NCBI GenBank assembly: GCA_963786105.1
Contig: CAWAXX010000014.1
Span: 224,001-288,000 of the forward strand
DNA from: Vulcanimicrobiota bacterium
GTDB taxonomy: Bacteria > Vulcanimicrobiota > Vulcanimicrobiia > Vulcanimicrobiales > Vulcanimicrobiaceae
Reading direction: 5' to 3'
DNA: 64,000 nucleotides
The notes under the pieces were generated by a model. The model was not told the DNA's origin. It worked only from the letters and a program-made list of their open reading frames with translations, and did not search any database. Position 1 is the stretch's first letter, and each line of letters starts with the position of its first letter. Shown here piece after piece: positions 48,862 through 58,623 of the stretch. Made by a program: the position numbers and the translations under genes.

Positions 48862-49451
48862 GCGGGCGTAAGTTCGGGTATGGCCGTGATATCGAGACCG
48901 AAGGTGCCGGCCGCCGCCGCGGTCTGCGGCGCGATCGTCTTCCCTTTGCGCGCGTAGTGTCGAATGCCCAGCAAAAGTACCTCACGCATCGCGAGCTTCA
49001 AATCGCGGGTTGCGAGTTGCCACAGCGCCGCGCGTTCCGGAAACGTGCGGCCCGGCTCGAGCGAATCGGCCAAATACACTGCGCAGTCGAGGTGCGACAT
49101 CTCGCCGGCGCCGGTCGTGTGTTTTTCGATGGCGGAGAGCACCTCGAAATCGTCCACGCCGAAGCTCTCGCGCGCGATCGCCGCGCCGAGACGCGCGTGC
49201 AGCGTCATCGGATTTGCGCGCTCAAATTCGCCGATCGGCAGACGGCGGGCGGTGCACTCGTCGATCAAACGTGCGGGCGTGTACAGGCGCGCGAGATCGT
49301 GCAGCATGCCTGCGGTGCGTGCTTTGCGCGTATCTAGGCGGTAGCGCTGCGCGAGAACGTCGGCACAGCGTGCGACTCGCACGCTGTGTTCGTACCGGCG
49401 ATCTTGGGCCAGGTGGGATTTGACGGCCCGCGCCAGTTGGCTGAAGTTCAA
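48834..49451 (-). CDS. yqeK: HD-domain Ap4A hydrolase YqeK
   Basis: RYEHSVRV, AGMLHDLAR, HARLGA, AIEKHTTG, YLADSLEPGR; adjacent to rsfS. Confidence 0.88.
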   Translation of the reverse strand: MNFSQLARAVKSHLAQDRRYEHSVRVARCADVLAQRYRLDTRKARTAGMLHDLARLYTPARLIDECTARRLPIGEFERANPMTLHARLGAAIARESFGVDDFEVLSAIEKHTTGAGEMSHLDCAVYLADSLEPGRTFPERAALWQLATRDLKLAMREVLLLGIRHYARKGKTIAPQTAAAAGTFGLDITAIPELTPAWEAHASAN

Positions 49452-49987
49452 CGATTGCAGCGCGCGCGCAGCACACCTAGCCGGTTACGATAAAGTTCGC
49501 TCTTGAGGTTACCCGCCCACATCACCAGAGCACTTTCGTTATCGTCGCTATAATACCCGCGCCGCATCGTGACCGTGGTGAAGCCGTACTTTCGATAGAG
49601 CTGCTGCGCGACCGTATTGCTTTCGCGCACCTCGAGCGTCATCCAGGCCGCCCCGCGCTCCATAGCTTCGTCGACGAGCTTGAGCAGCATGATTTCGCCG
49701 AAGCGCCTGCCGCGGCACGCCGGGTCTACGGCGAGCGTCGTGATGTGCGAGTCTTCGAGGATCACCCAAATGCCGCCGTACGCGACGATGCGATCGCCGA
49801 CGCGGCCGACGAAATAGTGCGCCAGCTTGTTGGTGCTGAGCTCGTTGAAGAAGGCGTCGGATGGCCACACCGTCGAGAACGAGGCGCGTTCGATGCGGGT
49901 TACCGCAGAAATGTCGGACGACGCCATCGGCACGATCGACAAACGATCGGGCTCAGGCGCCGGACGCGCGTCGAGCTCCATCTTCAT
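49448..49987 (-). CDS. rimI: Ribosomal protein S18 alanine N-acetyltransferase
   Basis: HITTLAVDP, LEVRESN, LYRKYGF, YYSDDNESALVMW. Confidence 0.92.
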   Translation of the reverse strand: MKMELDARPAPEPDRLSIVPMASSDISAVTRIERASFSTVWPSDAFFNELSTNKLAHYFVGRVGDRIVAYGGIWVILEDSHITTLAVDPACRGRRFGEIMLLKLVDEAMERGAAWMTLEVRESNTVAQQLYRKYGFTTVTMRRGYYSDDNESALVMWAGNLKSELYRNRLGVLRARCNR

Positions 49988-49994
49988 GAGCGCG

Positions 49995-50651
49995 TCATCG
50001 ACGGTTAAGCTTCGGAACTTTGGCGGCGGGAAGCTCGCCGTAATCGGCGCGCACCTCGTGAAGGCTGCGCGCGGGTTGGTGCGAGGCGGCCGCCAGCGCG
50101 GTCGCGGCGGCGGCGGGTGCCACCAGCGGATCGAAGGATTGCACGTCTATGTCGCGTTCGGCAAGCGCGGCAAGCACGTCCTTCGAGGCGCCGACGACCG
50201 GTAAAGCCGTTCGCTCGGCAGGCAGCGTCGCCGCCAGCGCCTCGTAGGTCGGGCCCGAGGCCCGGCGTACCTGGGCGCCGTTTCGGAAGCGAGCCGAAAT
50301 GACGCCGGGGCGGCCGACGACGATCGTGAGGACGCGGTCGAAGTGCCGCCCGTATTCCAGCGTATCGAACGACGAAACCGGCACGAGCGGCCGCGTCCAC
50401 GCGAGGGCCAAGGACTTCGCGTAGGCAATCGCGATCCGCAAACCGGTGAATCCGCCCGGCCCGATCCCCACCGCAAGTCGATCGATTTGGTCTGGACTCA
50501 CGCCCGCCTGCAACATCACCTCGCCGAGCATCGCGAGTCCCAGTTCCAGCGCGACGTTTCCTTTCTCGTGTCGAGCGGCGGCGATCTCGCCGTCGACGGC
50601 GAGCGCCGACGAAAATCCGCCGAGCGCTCCATCGATGGCCAGAATCTTCAC
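49995..50651 (-). CDS. tsaB: t6A biosynthesis protein TsaB
   Basis: KILAIDG, AVGIGPGGFTGLRI; GTGA overlap with tsaE. Confidence 0.88.
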   Translation of the reverse strand: MKILAIDGALGGFSSALAVDGEIAAARHEKGNVALELGLAMLGEVMLQAGVSPDQIDRLAVGIGPGGFTGLRIAIAYAKSLALAWTRPLVPVSSFDTLEYGRHFDRVLTIVVGRPGVISARFRNGAQVRRASGPTYEALAATLPAERTALPVVGASKDVLAALAERDIDVQSFDPLVAPAAAATALAAASHQPARSLHEVRADYGELPAAKVPKLNRR

Positions 50652-51067
50652 GCTGGTTCCTTTACGGCGATCCGACGCGGTCCGTCGCCGACACCGTCGA
50701 TGTCGATTTCGTACCGGCGCGCCGGCAATAGCGATGGCGCGTTGCGCCACCATTCGACCAAAGCGATCGAATCGTCTGCGAACGCATCCTCGAGCCCAAG
50801 CTCGGCGAGTTCCTTTGGGTCGTCGACGCGAAAGAGATCGAGGTGATCGATCGGCGGTACGCCGTCGTAGCGATGCCAGAACGTAAACGTCGGGCTCGAC
50901 GTTTGATCGGCGTGATGAAGCGCTTCGACTACGGCGCGGACGAAGGTGGTTTTCCCCGATCCAAGCGGGCCCGAAAGCGCGACCGCGTCGCCCGGCTTGA
51001 GTCGTTGCGCGAATGCTGCCGCGAACGCGCGCAACTCGTCTTCGCTGGACAGCACCCGGCGAATCAT
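50648..51067 (-). CDS. tsaE: t6A biosynthesis ATPase TsaE
   Basis: GPLGSGKTT, SSPTF, HLDLFR, VEW. Confidence 0.92.
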   Translation of the reverse strand: MIRRVLSSEDELRAFAAAFAQRLKPGDAVALSGPLGSGKTTFVRAVVEALHHADQTSSPTFTFWHRYDGVPPIDHLDLFRVDDPKELAELGLEDAFADDSIALVEWWRNAPSLLPARRYEIDIDGVGDGPRRIAVKEPA

Positions 51068-51197
51068 GCGATGCGGTTCATTGGTGACTGTGGTTACTCG
51101 ATAGGGCGTAATTTTTCAAGGAAATCCTCAGCTTGAACGATGCGCCGAGGACATTTAAATGCCCTCGCGCAAGCACCGAGAGAGAAAGAGGAGCAGG

Positions 51198-52550
51198 TTG
51201 AAGATCTCGCGTTTGTTGTCGTGCTGCTTGGCAACGGCGGTCACCATCGCCGGCTGCGGTGGTTCGTCAGGCGGCGGCGGCGGTTCGACGCCCCCGGTCA
51301 TCCCTTCGGCATCTCCCACGCCGAGCGGTCAAAAAATACAGCACGTCGTGATTTTGATCCAGGAGAACCGCACCGTGGACAATTTGTTCAACGGATTTCC
51401 GGGCGCCGACACCGTGTCGCAAGGTCTGGGCCAAGATCCAAACAACCCCGGCAAGCAAATCGTCATTAAACTCAAGCGGATGCCGCTTCAAATGAAGCTT
51501 TCTCCGCATAATGGCTACGCGCAGTTCGAGACGTCGTACGACGGCGGAAAAATGGATGGATTCAACACGATTACGGTCGAGAACAATCCCGGAGCGTACG
51601 TGTATCAGTACGCGAATCCATCCGACGTCCAACCGTACTGGAATCTCGCCAAGCAATACGTGCTCGCCGATCACACCTTTTCGACCCAAGGTAGCGGAAG
51701 CTTCACCGCGCATCAGGACCTCATAGCCGGCGGGACGAAAATTAATGCGACTCAAGCGCTTATCGATTTTCCGTCGCAACAGCCGTGGGGTTGCGACGCT
51801 CCGTCGGGCACGACGACGGCGCTCATCACGACAAAACGCGTGTACCTTCCGACCGCCGGCCCGTTCCCGTGCCTTGGATACAAGACGCTGCGCGATCTGC
51901 TCGACGCCAAAAGCGTGAGTTGGAAATACTACGTGCCGCCGATCGGCAGCGGCTTCGACGGAAACATCTGGAACGCGTTTGACGCGATTGCGGCCGTTCG
52001 CCACGGCTCCGAGTGGAAAACCAACGTCGTTGCCACGACGAACCTGCTTCCGGACATTTCCAACGGCAAGCTTCCGTCGGTGACGTGGGTTTGCCCTGAC
52101 TTTGCGAACTCCGACCATCCCGGATCGCACCCGGACATGGGTCCGTCGTGGGTGGCACAGGTCGTTAACACGATCGGTAAGAGCCAGTACTGGAACACGA
52201 CCGCCATCGTCGTCGTATGGGACGATTGGGGCGGCCTCTACGATCACGTCGCGCCACAACAGATCGACTATCAGGGTCTCGGCATCCGCGTCCCGATGCT
52301 GATCGTCTCGCCATATGCGAAGAAAGGCTACGTCTCCCACACCCAATACGAATTCGGGAGTCTGGTCAAATTCATCGAAGCCACCTGGAGTCTGGGCAGT
52401 CTCGGTACCACGGACGCTCGCGCAAACGGCATCGACGACTCCTTCAACTTCCAGCAGAATCCACGTCCGTTTTCGCCGATTCCAGCCAAATTTTCGCGCT
52501 CGTATTTCCTGCAGCAGCATCCCTCCAACCACTCCCTCGACGACGGATAA
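51198..52550 (+). CDS. Phosphoesterase / phospholipase C family lipoprotein, copy 3
   Basis: Lipobox IAGC, IQHVVILIQENRTVD, WDDWGGLYDHV; start taken at TTG 51198 after GAGGAG. Confidence 0.9.
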   Translation: MKISRLLSCCLATAVTIAGCGGSSGGGGGSTPPVIPSASPTPSGQKIQHVVILIQENRTVDNLFNGFPGADTVSQGLGQDPNNPGKQIVIKLKRMPLQMKLSPHNGYAQFETSYDGGKMDGFNTITVENNPGAYVYQYANPSDVQPYWNLAKQYVLADHTFSTQGSGSFTAHQDLIAGGTKINATQALIDFPSQQPWGCDAPSGTTTALITTKRVYLPTAGPFPCLGYKTLRDLLDAKSVSWKYYVPPIGSGFDGNIWNAFDAIAAVRHGSEWKTNVVATTNLLPDISNGKLPSVTWVCPDFANSDHPGSHPDMGPSWVAQVVNTIGKSQYWNTTAIVVVWDDWGGLYDHVAPQQIDYQGLGIRVPMLIVSPYAKKGYVSHTQYEFGSLVKFIEATWSLGSLGTTDARANGIDDSFNFQQNPRPFSPIPAKFSRSYFLQQHPSNHSLDDG

Positions 52551-52711
52551 GCCGTCACGGAGATCCACGCGACGGCGCGCCCGGAGGAGGTCTTTTTTGG
52601 CCCGATCCAGGGTATTTTTGATCCTGGAGCCAAGAAAACAAAAGCCTCTGCCACCTTTGGAGATTGCCGATTTATTTGCGGGCTCACCACTCGCAAACGG
52701 ACCCTTAGTAC

Positions 52712-55216
52712 GTGAATAACGACATCATTCAACAAGTTAACGTCGAAGACGAAATGCGGGAGAGCTATCTCTCGTATGCGATGTCGGTCATCGCCTCGCG
52801 GGCGCTGCCCGACGTTCGCGACGGACTCAAACCGGTGCAGCGCCGCATTTTATATGCGATGCGCGAAATGGGTTTCGATCCGAACAAGCAACACCGCAAG
52901 TGCGCCGGTATCATCGGCGAAGTGTTGAAGAGTTACCATCCACACGGCGACCAGTCGGTGTACGACGCGTTAGTACGTTTGGCGCAGGATTTTACGTTGC
53001 GATACACGCTGGTCGACGGCCACGGCAACTTCGGCTCTATCGATCCCGATCCCCCGGCGGCGTATCGCTATACGGAAGCGCGCCTCGCACGCACCGCGCT
53101 CGAAGTACTGGCCGACATCGACAAAGAGACGGTCGGGTTCATCCCCAATTTCGACAATCAGGGCATCGAGCCGACCGTTCTTCCGGGACGGCTGCCGCAA
53201 CTGCTGATCAACGGCTCGTCCGGCATCGCGGTCGGCATGGCTACGAACATTCCGCCGCACAACCTCAACGAAATCTCCGACGCCGTGGCGGCGTTGATCG
53301 ACGACCCCGAGACGACGGACGACGCACTGTGCGACATCGTGAAAGGCCCCGATTTTCCTACCGGCGGTACGATCCTGGGACACGAGGCCATTCGCGAAGC
53401 GTACAAAACGGGCCGCGGCTCGGTTGCCATTCGCGGAAAGGCGGAAATCGTCGAAGAGCGCGGACGGCACAAGATCGTCATCACCGAGATTCCGTACCAA
53501 GTCTATAAGTCGCGCATCATCGAAGCCATCGCCGAAGCGCACTCGGAGAAGCGCATCGCAGGCATCGCGCGTCTCGACGACGAGTCCAACCGTAAAGGGA
53601 TGCGCGTCGTCATCGAACTGCAGAAGACGGCGACGCCGAAAGTCGTCCTCAATCAGCTGTTCAAGCACACGCCGCTCCAGGCGAGCTTCGGCTTTAACAT
53701 GCTTGCGCTGGTTCCGGTCGGCGAGCCGCGCGCCGACGGATCGGTGGCGCTCGAGCCGCAAGTTCTCACGCTCAAGCAACTGCTCGAGCACTTCATCGCT
53801 CATCGGCGCATCGTCGTTACCCGGCGCACCCGATACGACTTACGCAAGGCGGAGGAACGCGCGCATCTGCTCGAGGGGTACCGTATAGCCCTCGACAATA
53901 TCGACGAAGTCATCGAGATCGTTCGCGGTAGCCAGACCACCGACGAAGCCAAACAGCGTCTCTCGGCGCGTTTCAGTCTGAGCGACGTCCAGGCGCAGGC
54001 CATCGTCGACATGCGCCTGCGGACGCTGGTCGGTCTCGAGCGCCAAAAGATCGAGGACGAATACACGGAGCTGATTAAAACCATCGCGGAGTTGCAGGAC
54101 ATCCTTCGCAGTCCGCGCCGGGTGTCGCAGATCGTCAAGACCGAAACGCTCGATATCAAGAAGCGATTCGGCGACGAGCGTCGCACGTCCATCGAAGCGG
54201 CCGAGGACGAAATCTCGATGGAACAGCTCGTTCCGAACATCGACGTGGTCGTGACCTACACGGTCGGCGGGTACATCAAGCGCGTTACCGTGGATACCTT
54301 CCGCACGCAAAACCGCGGGGGACGTGGCGTAACCGGGATTTCGAACCTCAAACGCGAGGACGTGGTGCGCAACTTCTTCGTTACCAAGACGCACGACCAC
54401 GTCCTGTTCTTTACGAATAAGGGACGCGTGTACCGCCTGCGTGGATACGAGATTCCCGACACGACGCGCCAAGCGCGCGGCACCGCGCTCGTTAATCTCC
54501 TGACCCTTCCTCCGGGCGAAGAAGTCTCCGCGGTCTTCCCCATCGATAAGTTCGCGGGCGAGAAATATCTCGTCATGGTGACGAAACGCGGCGTCATCAA
54601 GAAGACGAAGCTCGAAGAGTTTGCCAACGTACGACGCAACGGGCTCAACGCCATCGGGCTGGACGAAGGCGACGAGCTGCTGGCGGTCGATCTTTCAGAC
54701 GGATCGCACGACATCATCCTGGGCTCGACCCAAGGCATGGCGGTGCACTTCAACGAGAAAAACGTGCGCCCGATGGGACGCAACGCTCGCGGCGTCAAGG
54801 CCATGACGCTCGAAAACGGCGACACGATCGTTGCGATGGACATCGTCGAAAACGGGCGTCGCGAGGTACTCTTGGTAACGTCCTTGGCATTCGGCAAGCG
54901 CACCCCGATCGATGAATACCGGCACACGTCGCGCGGCGGCAAGGGTGTGAAAGCATTCGCGCGCCAGCGCGACGACATTGGTAAAGTGGTCGATCAGATT
55001 CTCGTCGCATCCGACGATCAAATCTTGATGATCACCTCCGGTAATCAGGTCATCCGCTTAAAGGTCGGCGAGATCCGCAAGACTGGACGCGATGCCAAAG
55101 GCGTGCGCCTACAGCGCCTCGGCGAAGGCGAAGAGGTCATCGCGATCACCAACCTCGGAAAACAAGCAAAACAGATTACGGAGATTACCGGCGAACCCCA
55201 GCAAACGGAAATCTAG
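52712..55216 (+). CDS. gyrA: DNA gyrase subunit A
   Basis: RALPDVRDGLKPVQRR, YHPHGD, AAYRYTE catalytic Tyr, GyrA-box QNRGGRG, C-terminal repeats. Confidence 0.97.
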   Translation: MNNDIIQQVNVEDEMRESYLSYAMSVIASRALPDVRDGLKPVQRRILYAMREMGFDPNKQHRKCAGIIGEVLKSYHPHGDQSVYDALVRLAQDFTLRYTLVDGHGNFGSIDPDPPAAYRYTEARLARTALEVLADIDKETVGFIPNFDNQGIEPTVLPGRLPQLLINGSSGIAVGMATNIPPHNLNEISDAVAALIDDPETTDDALCDIVKGPDFPTGGTILGHEAIREAYKTGRGSVAIRGKAEIVEERGRHKIVITEIPYQVYKSRIIEAIAEAHSEKRIAGIARLDDESNRKGMRVVIELQKTATPKVVLNQLFKHTPLQASFGFNMLALVPVGEPRADGSVALEPQVLTLKQLLEHFIAHRRIVVTRRTRYDLRKAEERAHLLEGYRIALDNIDEVIEIVRGSQTTDEAKQRLSARFSLSDVQAQAIVDMRLRTLVGLERQKIEDEYTELIKTIAELQDILRSPRRVSQIVKTETLDIKKRFGDERRTSIEAAEDEISMEQLVPNIDVVVTYTVGGYIKRVTVDTFRTQNRGGRGVTGISNLKREDVVRNFFVTKTHDHVLFFTNKGRVYRLRGYEIPDTTRQARGTALVNLLTLPPGEEVSAVFPIDKFAGEKYLVMVTKRGVIKKTKLEEFANVRRNGLNAIGLDEGDELLAVDLSDGSHDIILGSTQGMAVHFNEKNVRPMGRNARGVKAMTLENGDTIVAMDIVENGRREVLLVTSLAFGKRTPIDEYRHTSRGGKGVKAFARQRDDIGKVVDQILVASDDQILMITSGNQVIRLKVGEIRKTGRDAKGVRLQRLGEGEEVIAITNLGKQAKQITEITGEPQQTEI

Positions 55217-55329
55217 GGCAAACGTCGCCCGTCGCCTCCTCGATCTGAGCAAACCAGAAGGATCCTAGGGTCTGCAACCCGATGGTGCCCCTGAAGGGTC
55301 ATTAATCCGGAGGATTTAGGCAAAATAGT

Positions 55330-55656
55330 ATGAGCGCATTGGAAAACGTTACGCAGGCGGACTTCGAGAGCCAAGTATTGCAGAGCACCCAGCCGGTGCT
55401 GGTGGATTTTTGGGCGCCGTGGTGCGGTCCGTGCAAAATGCTCGGTCCGGTCGTGGAGAAGGTTGCCGGCGCGCATACCGGCAAGGCGAAGTTCGTCAAG
55501 CTGAATACCGACGACAATCCCAGCCTGGCGGGCAAGTACCAGGTGTCGGGCATTCCGTGCCTCATCCTGTTCAAAGGCGGGCAGCCGGTCGATCGCATCG
55601 TCGGATACGTTCCCGAGAACGTTATTACGTCGATGCTCAGCAAACACGTCGCCTAG
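55330..55656 (+). CDS. trxA: Thioredoxin
   Basis: VDFWAPWCGPCK. Confidence 0.96.
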   Translation: MSALENVTQADFESQVLQSTQPVLVDFWAPWCGPCKMLGPVVEKVAGAHTGKAKFVKLNTDDNPSLAGKYQVSGIPCLILFKGGQPVDRIVGYVPENVITSMLSKHVA

Positions 55657-55721
55657 GAAGCCCCGATTTATCCCAGCTCTTCGTCGTCCCGAACCTCATT
55701 TGCCATAGCAAACTTCGGCTC

Positions 55722-57098
55722 GTGACTGGTCGATCTGGAATAAATCAAACCTTCCGACGTGACGATCCCCGCCGGCAATTGCCGGCGATGCATCGCCTCT
55801 TAGAAGATCCGGTGGTCGCCGAATACGAAGCGACACTGGGGCGAGGAACGGTAAAACGCGCGGTGGAGCAAGTGCTCGACCGCGCGCGTGCTTCCGGCGA
55901 AACGCCTACGCACGATGCCATTCTCGCGGCGGTCGCTGCACGGCTGGAGGATACGGCGCTCCAGGATTTGACGCCCGTTATTAACGCGACCGGTATCATC
56001 GCGCATACGAATCTCGGTCGCGTTCCGCTGGCTCGCGAGGCACTGTCGGCAGTCGAACGGCTTTCCCATGGGTACTCGAATCTCGAGTACGACCTTGCTG
56101 CCGGCGAGCGCGGTTCGCGCTACGAGCGCGTTACCGGCCTGGTCTGCGAGGTCGCCGGCGCCCCTGACGCGTTGGTAGTGAACAATTGCGCCGCCGCGGT
56201 AATGCTGGTGCTCGACGCCTTCGCGAAGGGACGTGAGGTCGTCGCGGCGCGAGGTCAGTTGGTCGAAATCGGCGGCGGCTTCCGGCTTCCCGACGTGCTG
56301 CAACGCAGCGGTGCGATTCTGCGCGAAGTCGGGACGACCAACCGCGTGTATCGCAGCGACTACGAAGCGGCGCTTTCCCCACGGACCGCACTTCTGCTGC
56401 GAACCCATCCTTCGAACTATCGAATCGAAGGATTCGTGAGCGATGTCGGCGGCGCAGAGCTCGCCGGTCTCGGCCACCGCGCCGGCGTCCCCGTGGTCGA
56501 AGATCTCGGCAGCGGCGCGCTCGTCGATCTCGCCGAATACGGCCTGCCGCACGAGCGAACGGTTCAAGAGTGCTTGGCTGAGGATATCGATTTGGTGACG
56601 TTCTCGGGCGACAAGCTCGTAGGTGGCCCGCAAGCCGGTGTGATCGTCGGGCAGACTCGAGCGATCGCGCGCTTGCGGGCGAACCCGTTGTTGCGAGCCG
56701 TGCGCGTCGATAAGATGACGCTCGCTGCCTTGGCCGCAACCTTGCACCTGCACCGCGATCGCCGGTCGCGCGCACGCATTCCATTTTACCGAATGCTCGG
56801 TGCGACGCTCGACGAGCTTCGCCAACGCGCGCGCGCCTATCTCGCCGCAATCCCCGGCGCGGTCATCGTCGAGAGTGAAGCGTTCGTCGGCGCCGGTGCG
56901 CTCCCACGAACGCCGATTGCGTCGATCGCCGTCTCCTTGTCGCCGCCGCGTCCGGACTTGCTAGCGGCCGGCCTGCGTCGCGAAAATCCGGCGATCGTCG
57001 CGCGCATCGAGGGCGGCCGCCTGCTCTTCGATTTACGCACGATTGCGCCCGGCGAAGACGACACCGTCATCGCAACGCTTCTTTACGCTATTCGCTAA
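55722..57098 (+). CDS. selA: L-seryl-tRNA(Sec) selenium transferase
   Basis: VINATGIIAHTNLGR, YSNLEYDL, VNNCAAA, LVEIGGGFR, EVGTTNR, FSGDKLVGGPQAG; start uncertain (GTG 55722 or ATG 55788). Confidence 0.95.
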   Translation: MTGRSGINQTFRRDDPRRQLPAMHRLLEDPVVAEYEATLGRGTVKRAVEQVLDRARASGETPTHDAILAAVAARLEDTALQDLTPVINATGIIAHTNLGRVPLAREALSAVERLSHGYSNLEYDLAAGERGSRYERVTGLVCEVAGAPDALVVNNCAAAVMLVLDAFAKGREVVAARGQLVEIGGGFRLPDVLQRSGAILREVGTTNRVYRSDYEAALSPRTALLLRTHPSNYRIEGFVSDVGGAELAGLGHRAGVPVVEDLGSGALVDLAEYGLPHERTVQECLAEDIDLVTFSGDKLVGGPQAGVIVGQTRAIARLRANPLLRAVRVDKMTLAALAATLHLHRDRRSRARIPFYRMLGATLDELRQRARAYLAAIPGAVIVESEAFVGAGALPRTPIASIAVSLSPPRPDLLAAGLRRENPAIVARIEGGRLLFDLRTIAPGEDDTVIATLLYAIR

Positions 57099-58620
57099 AC
57101 CACCCTGAAGGCTGCACGTCGAGGTTGACGTTGATCTGTTTGACTTCGGTGTAGGCATCGTAGCCGTAGGTTCCGAGTTCGCTGCCGAAACCGGATTGCT
57201 TGTACCCGCCCCATGGCGCTTCGTTGTAGGTCGGATGGTACGTGTTGATCCACGTGATGCCGGCGCGTAGTTTTCGAATGACCCGGTGGGCCTTGGCGAC
57301 GTCTTGGGTAAAAACCGCCCCCGCAAGCCCGTAGACCGTGTCGTTGGCCATTCGCACGGCGTCGGCTTCATCGTCGAACGTCTGAACCACCAGTACCGGT
57401 CCGAAGATCTCTTCTCGAACGATCCGCATCGACGGCTCGGTGTCGTCGAAAATCGTCGGCTCGATGAAATTTCCGGCCGCGAGCGCGCCGCCGATTCGCT
57501 TACCTCCGCACGGCAGCTTCGCGCCCTCGTCGATCCCGAGTTTGATGTAGGATTCGACGCGTTCGCGGTGCACCGGCGAAATGATCGGACCCATTTCGGT
57601 GTTCGGATCGAAACCATCGCCAACGCGAATCTTCTTGGCCCGTTCGACCAGGCGCTCGACGAAGCGATCGTGCAGAGGCTTTTGAAGGAGCAGGCGCGAT
57701 CCCGCCGAGCACACCTGTCCGGCGTTGGCGTAGATCCCGAACAATGCGTAGTCGACGGCGGTCTCGAAATCGGCGTCGGCGAAAACGACGTTGGGTGACT
57801 TTCCACCGAGCTCGAGCGAGATTTTTTTCAAGTTCGACGCCGCCGCTTGCATGATGCTGCGTCCCGTCTTAGTACCGCCGGTAAACGCGATCTTATCGAC
57901 CAGCATACTGGCGGCAATCGCATGGCCCACGGTAGCTCCGGCGCCGGTGACGACGTTGACCACGCCGGCCGGAAACTCGAGCTCTTCGAAGATCATCGCC
58001 AGGCGCAACGCCGACAGCGGTGTCAGCTCGGCCGGTTTGAGCACGCAGACGTTGCCGGCGGCAAGCGCGGGCGCGAGCTTCCAAACGGCCATCAGCAGCG
58101 GGTAGTTCCACGGAACGATTTGTCCGCATACGCCGATCGGTTCGCGCACGGTAAAGCTTTGCGAAGGCGCCGGCACGTCGAAAGTTTGGCCGTGCGGTTT
58201 GGTGGCAAATCCCGCATAGTATCTGAAGCAGTTGGCGGCGTCGATGGCATCGTACTCGCACTCGCGCAGCGGCTTCCCGTTGTTCAGCGTATCGATGCGA
58301 ACGAACTCGTCCCGATGCGCGTCGATGGCGTCTGCGACCTTGAAGAGCAGCGCCGCCCGGTCGGCCGCGGAAGTCGAGCTCCACGGTCCGTCGTCGAACG
58401 CTTTACGAGCCGCGAGAATCGCCAGTTCGGCATCGCTTTGGCCGGCCTCGGCGATCGTGGCGATGCGTTCGCCGTTAGAGGGGTTGATGAGGTCGCGGGT
58501 CGCTCCGTCCTGCGCGAGCCTCCAACCGCCGTCGACGTACATGGGAATCGTGCCGTGGATGCGCGGCAAACTCTCTAGGACGTCGTCTGCGTTGACAGTA
58601 GATGTGGGCATCGTCTGCAT
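57088..58620 (-). CDS. Aldehyde dehydrogenase (aminoaldehyde/betaine-aldehyde type; likely 4-aminobutanal dehydrogenase from context)
   Basis: PWNYPL, LELGGKSP, NAGQVCSAGS, EEIFGPV, PWGGYKQSG. Confidence 0.88.
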   Translation of the reverse strand: MQTMPTSTVNADDVLESLPRIHGTIPMYVDGGWRLAQDGATRDLINPSNGERIATIAEAGQSDAELAILAARKAFDDGPWSSTSAADRAALLFKVADAIDAHRDEFVRIDTLNNGKPLRECEYDAIDAANCFRYYAGFATKPHGQTFDVPAPSQSFTVREPIGVCGQIVPWNYPLLMAVWKLAPALAAGNVCVLKPAELTPLSALRLAMIFEELEFPAGVVNVVTGAGATVGHAIAASMLVDKIAFTGGTKTGRSIMQAAASNLKKISLELGGKSPNVVFADADFETAVDYALFGIYANAGQVCSAGSRLLLQKPLHDRFVERLVERAKKIRVGDGFDPNTEMGPIISPVHRERVESYIKLGIDEGAKLPCGGKRIGGALAAGNFIEPTIFDDTEPSMRIVREEIFGPVLVVQTFDDEADAVRMANDTVYGLAGAVFTQDVAKAHRVIRKLRAGITWINTYHPTYNEAPWGGYKQSGFGSELGTYGYDAYTEVKQINVNLDVQPSGWFSE

Positions 58621-58623
58621 CGT

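Noticed and set aside
55217..55721. tRNA-Sec (selC) near selA
   Set aside because: No cloverleaf with a TCA anticodon loop or GTTCGA T-loop in these intergenic stretches; CTTCAAATC at ~48996 lies inside yqeK
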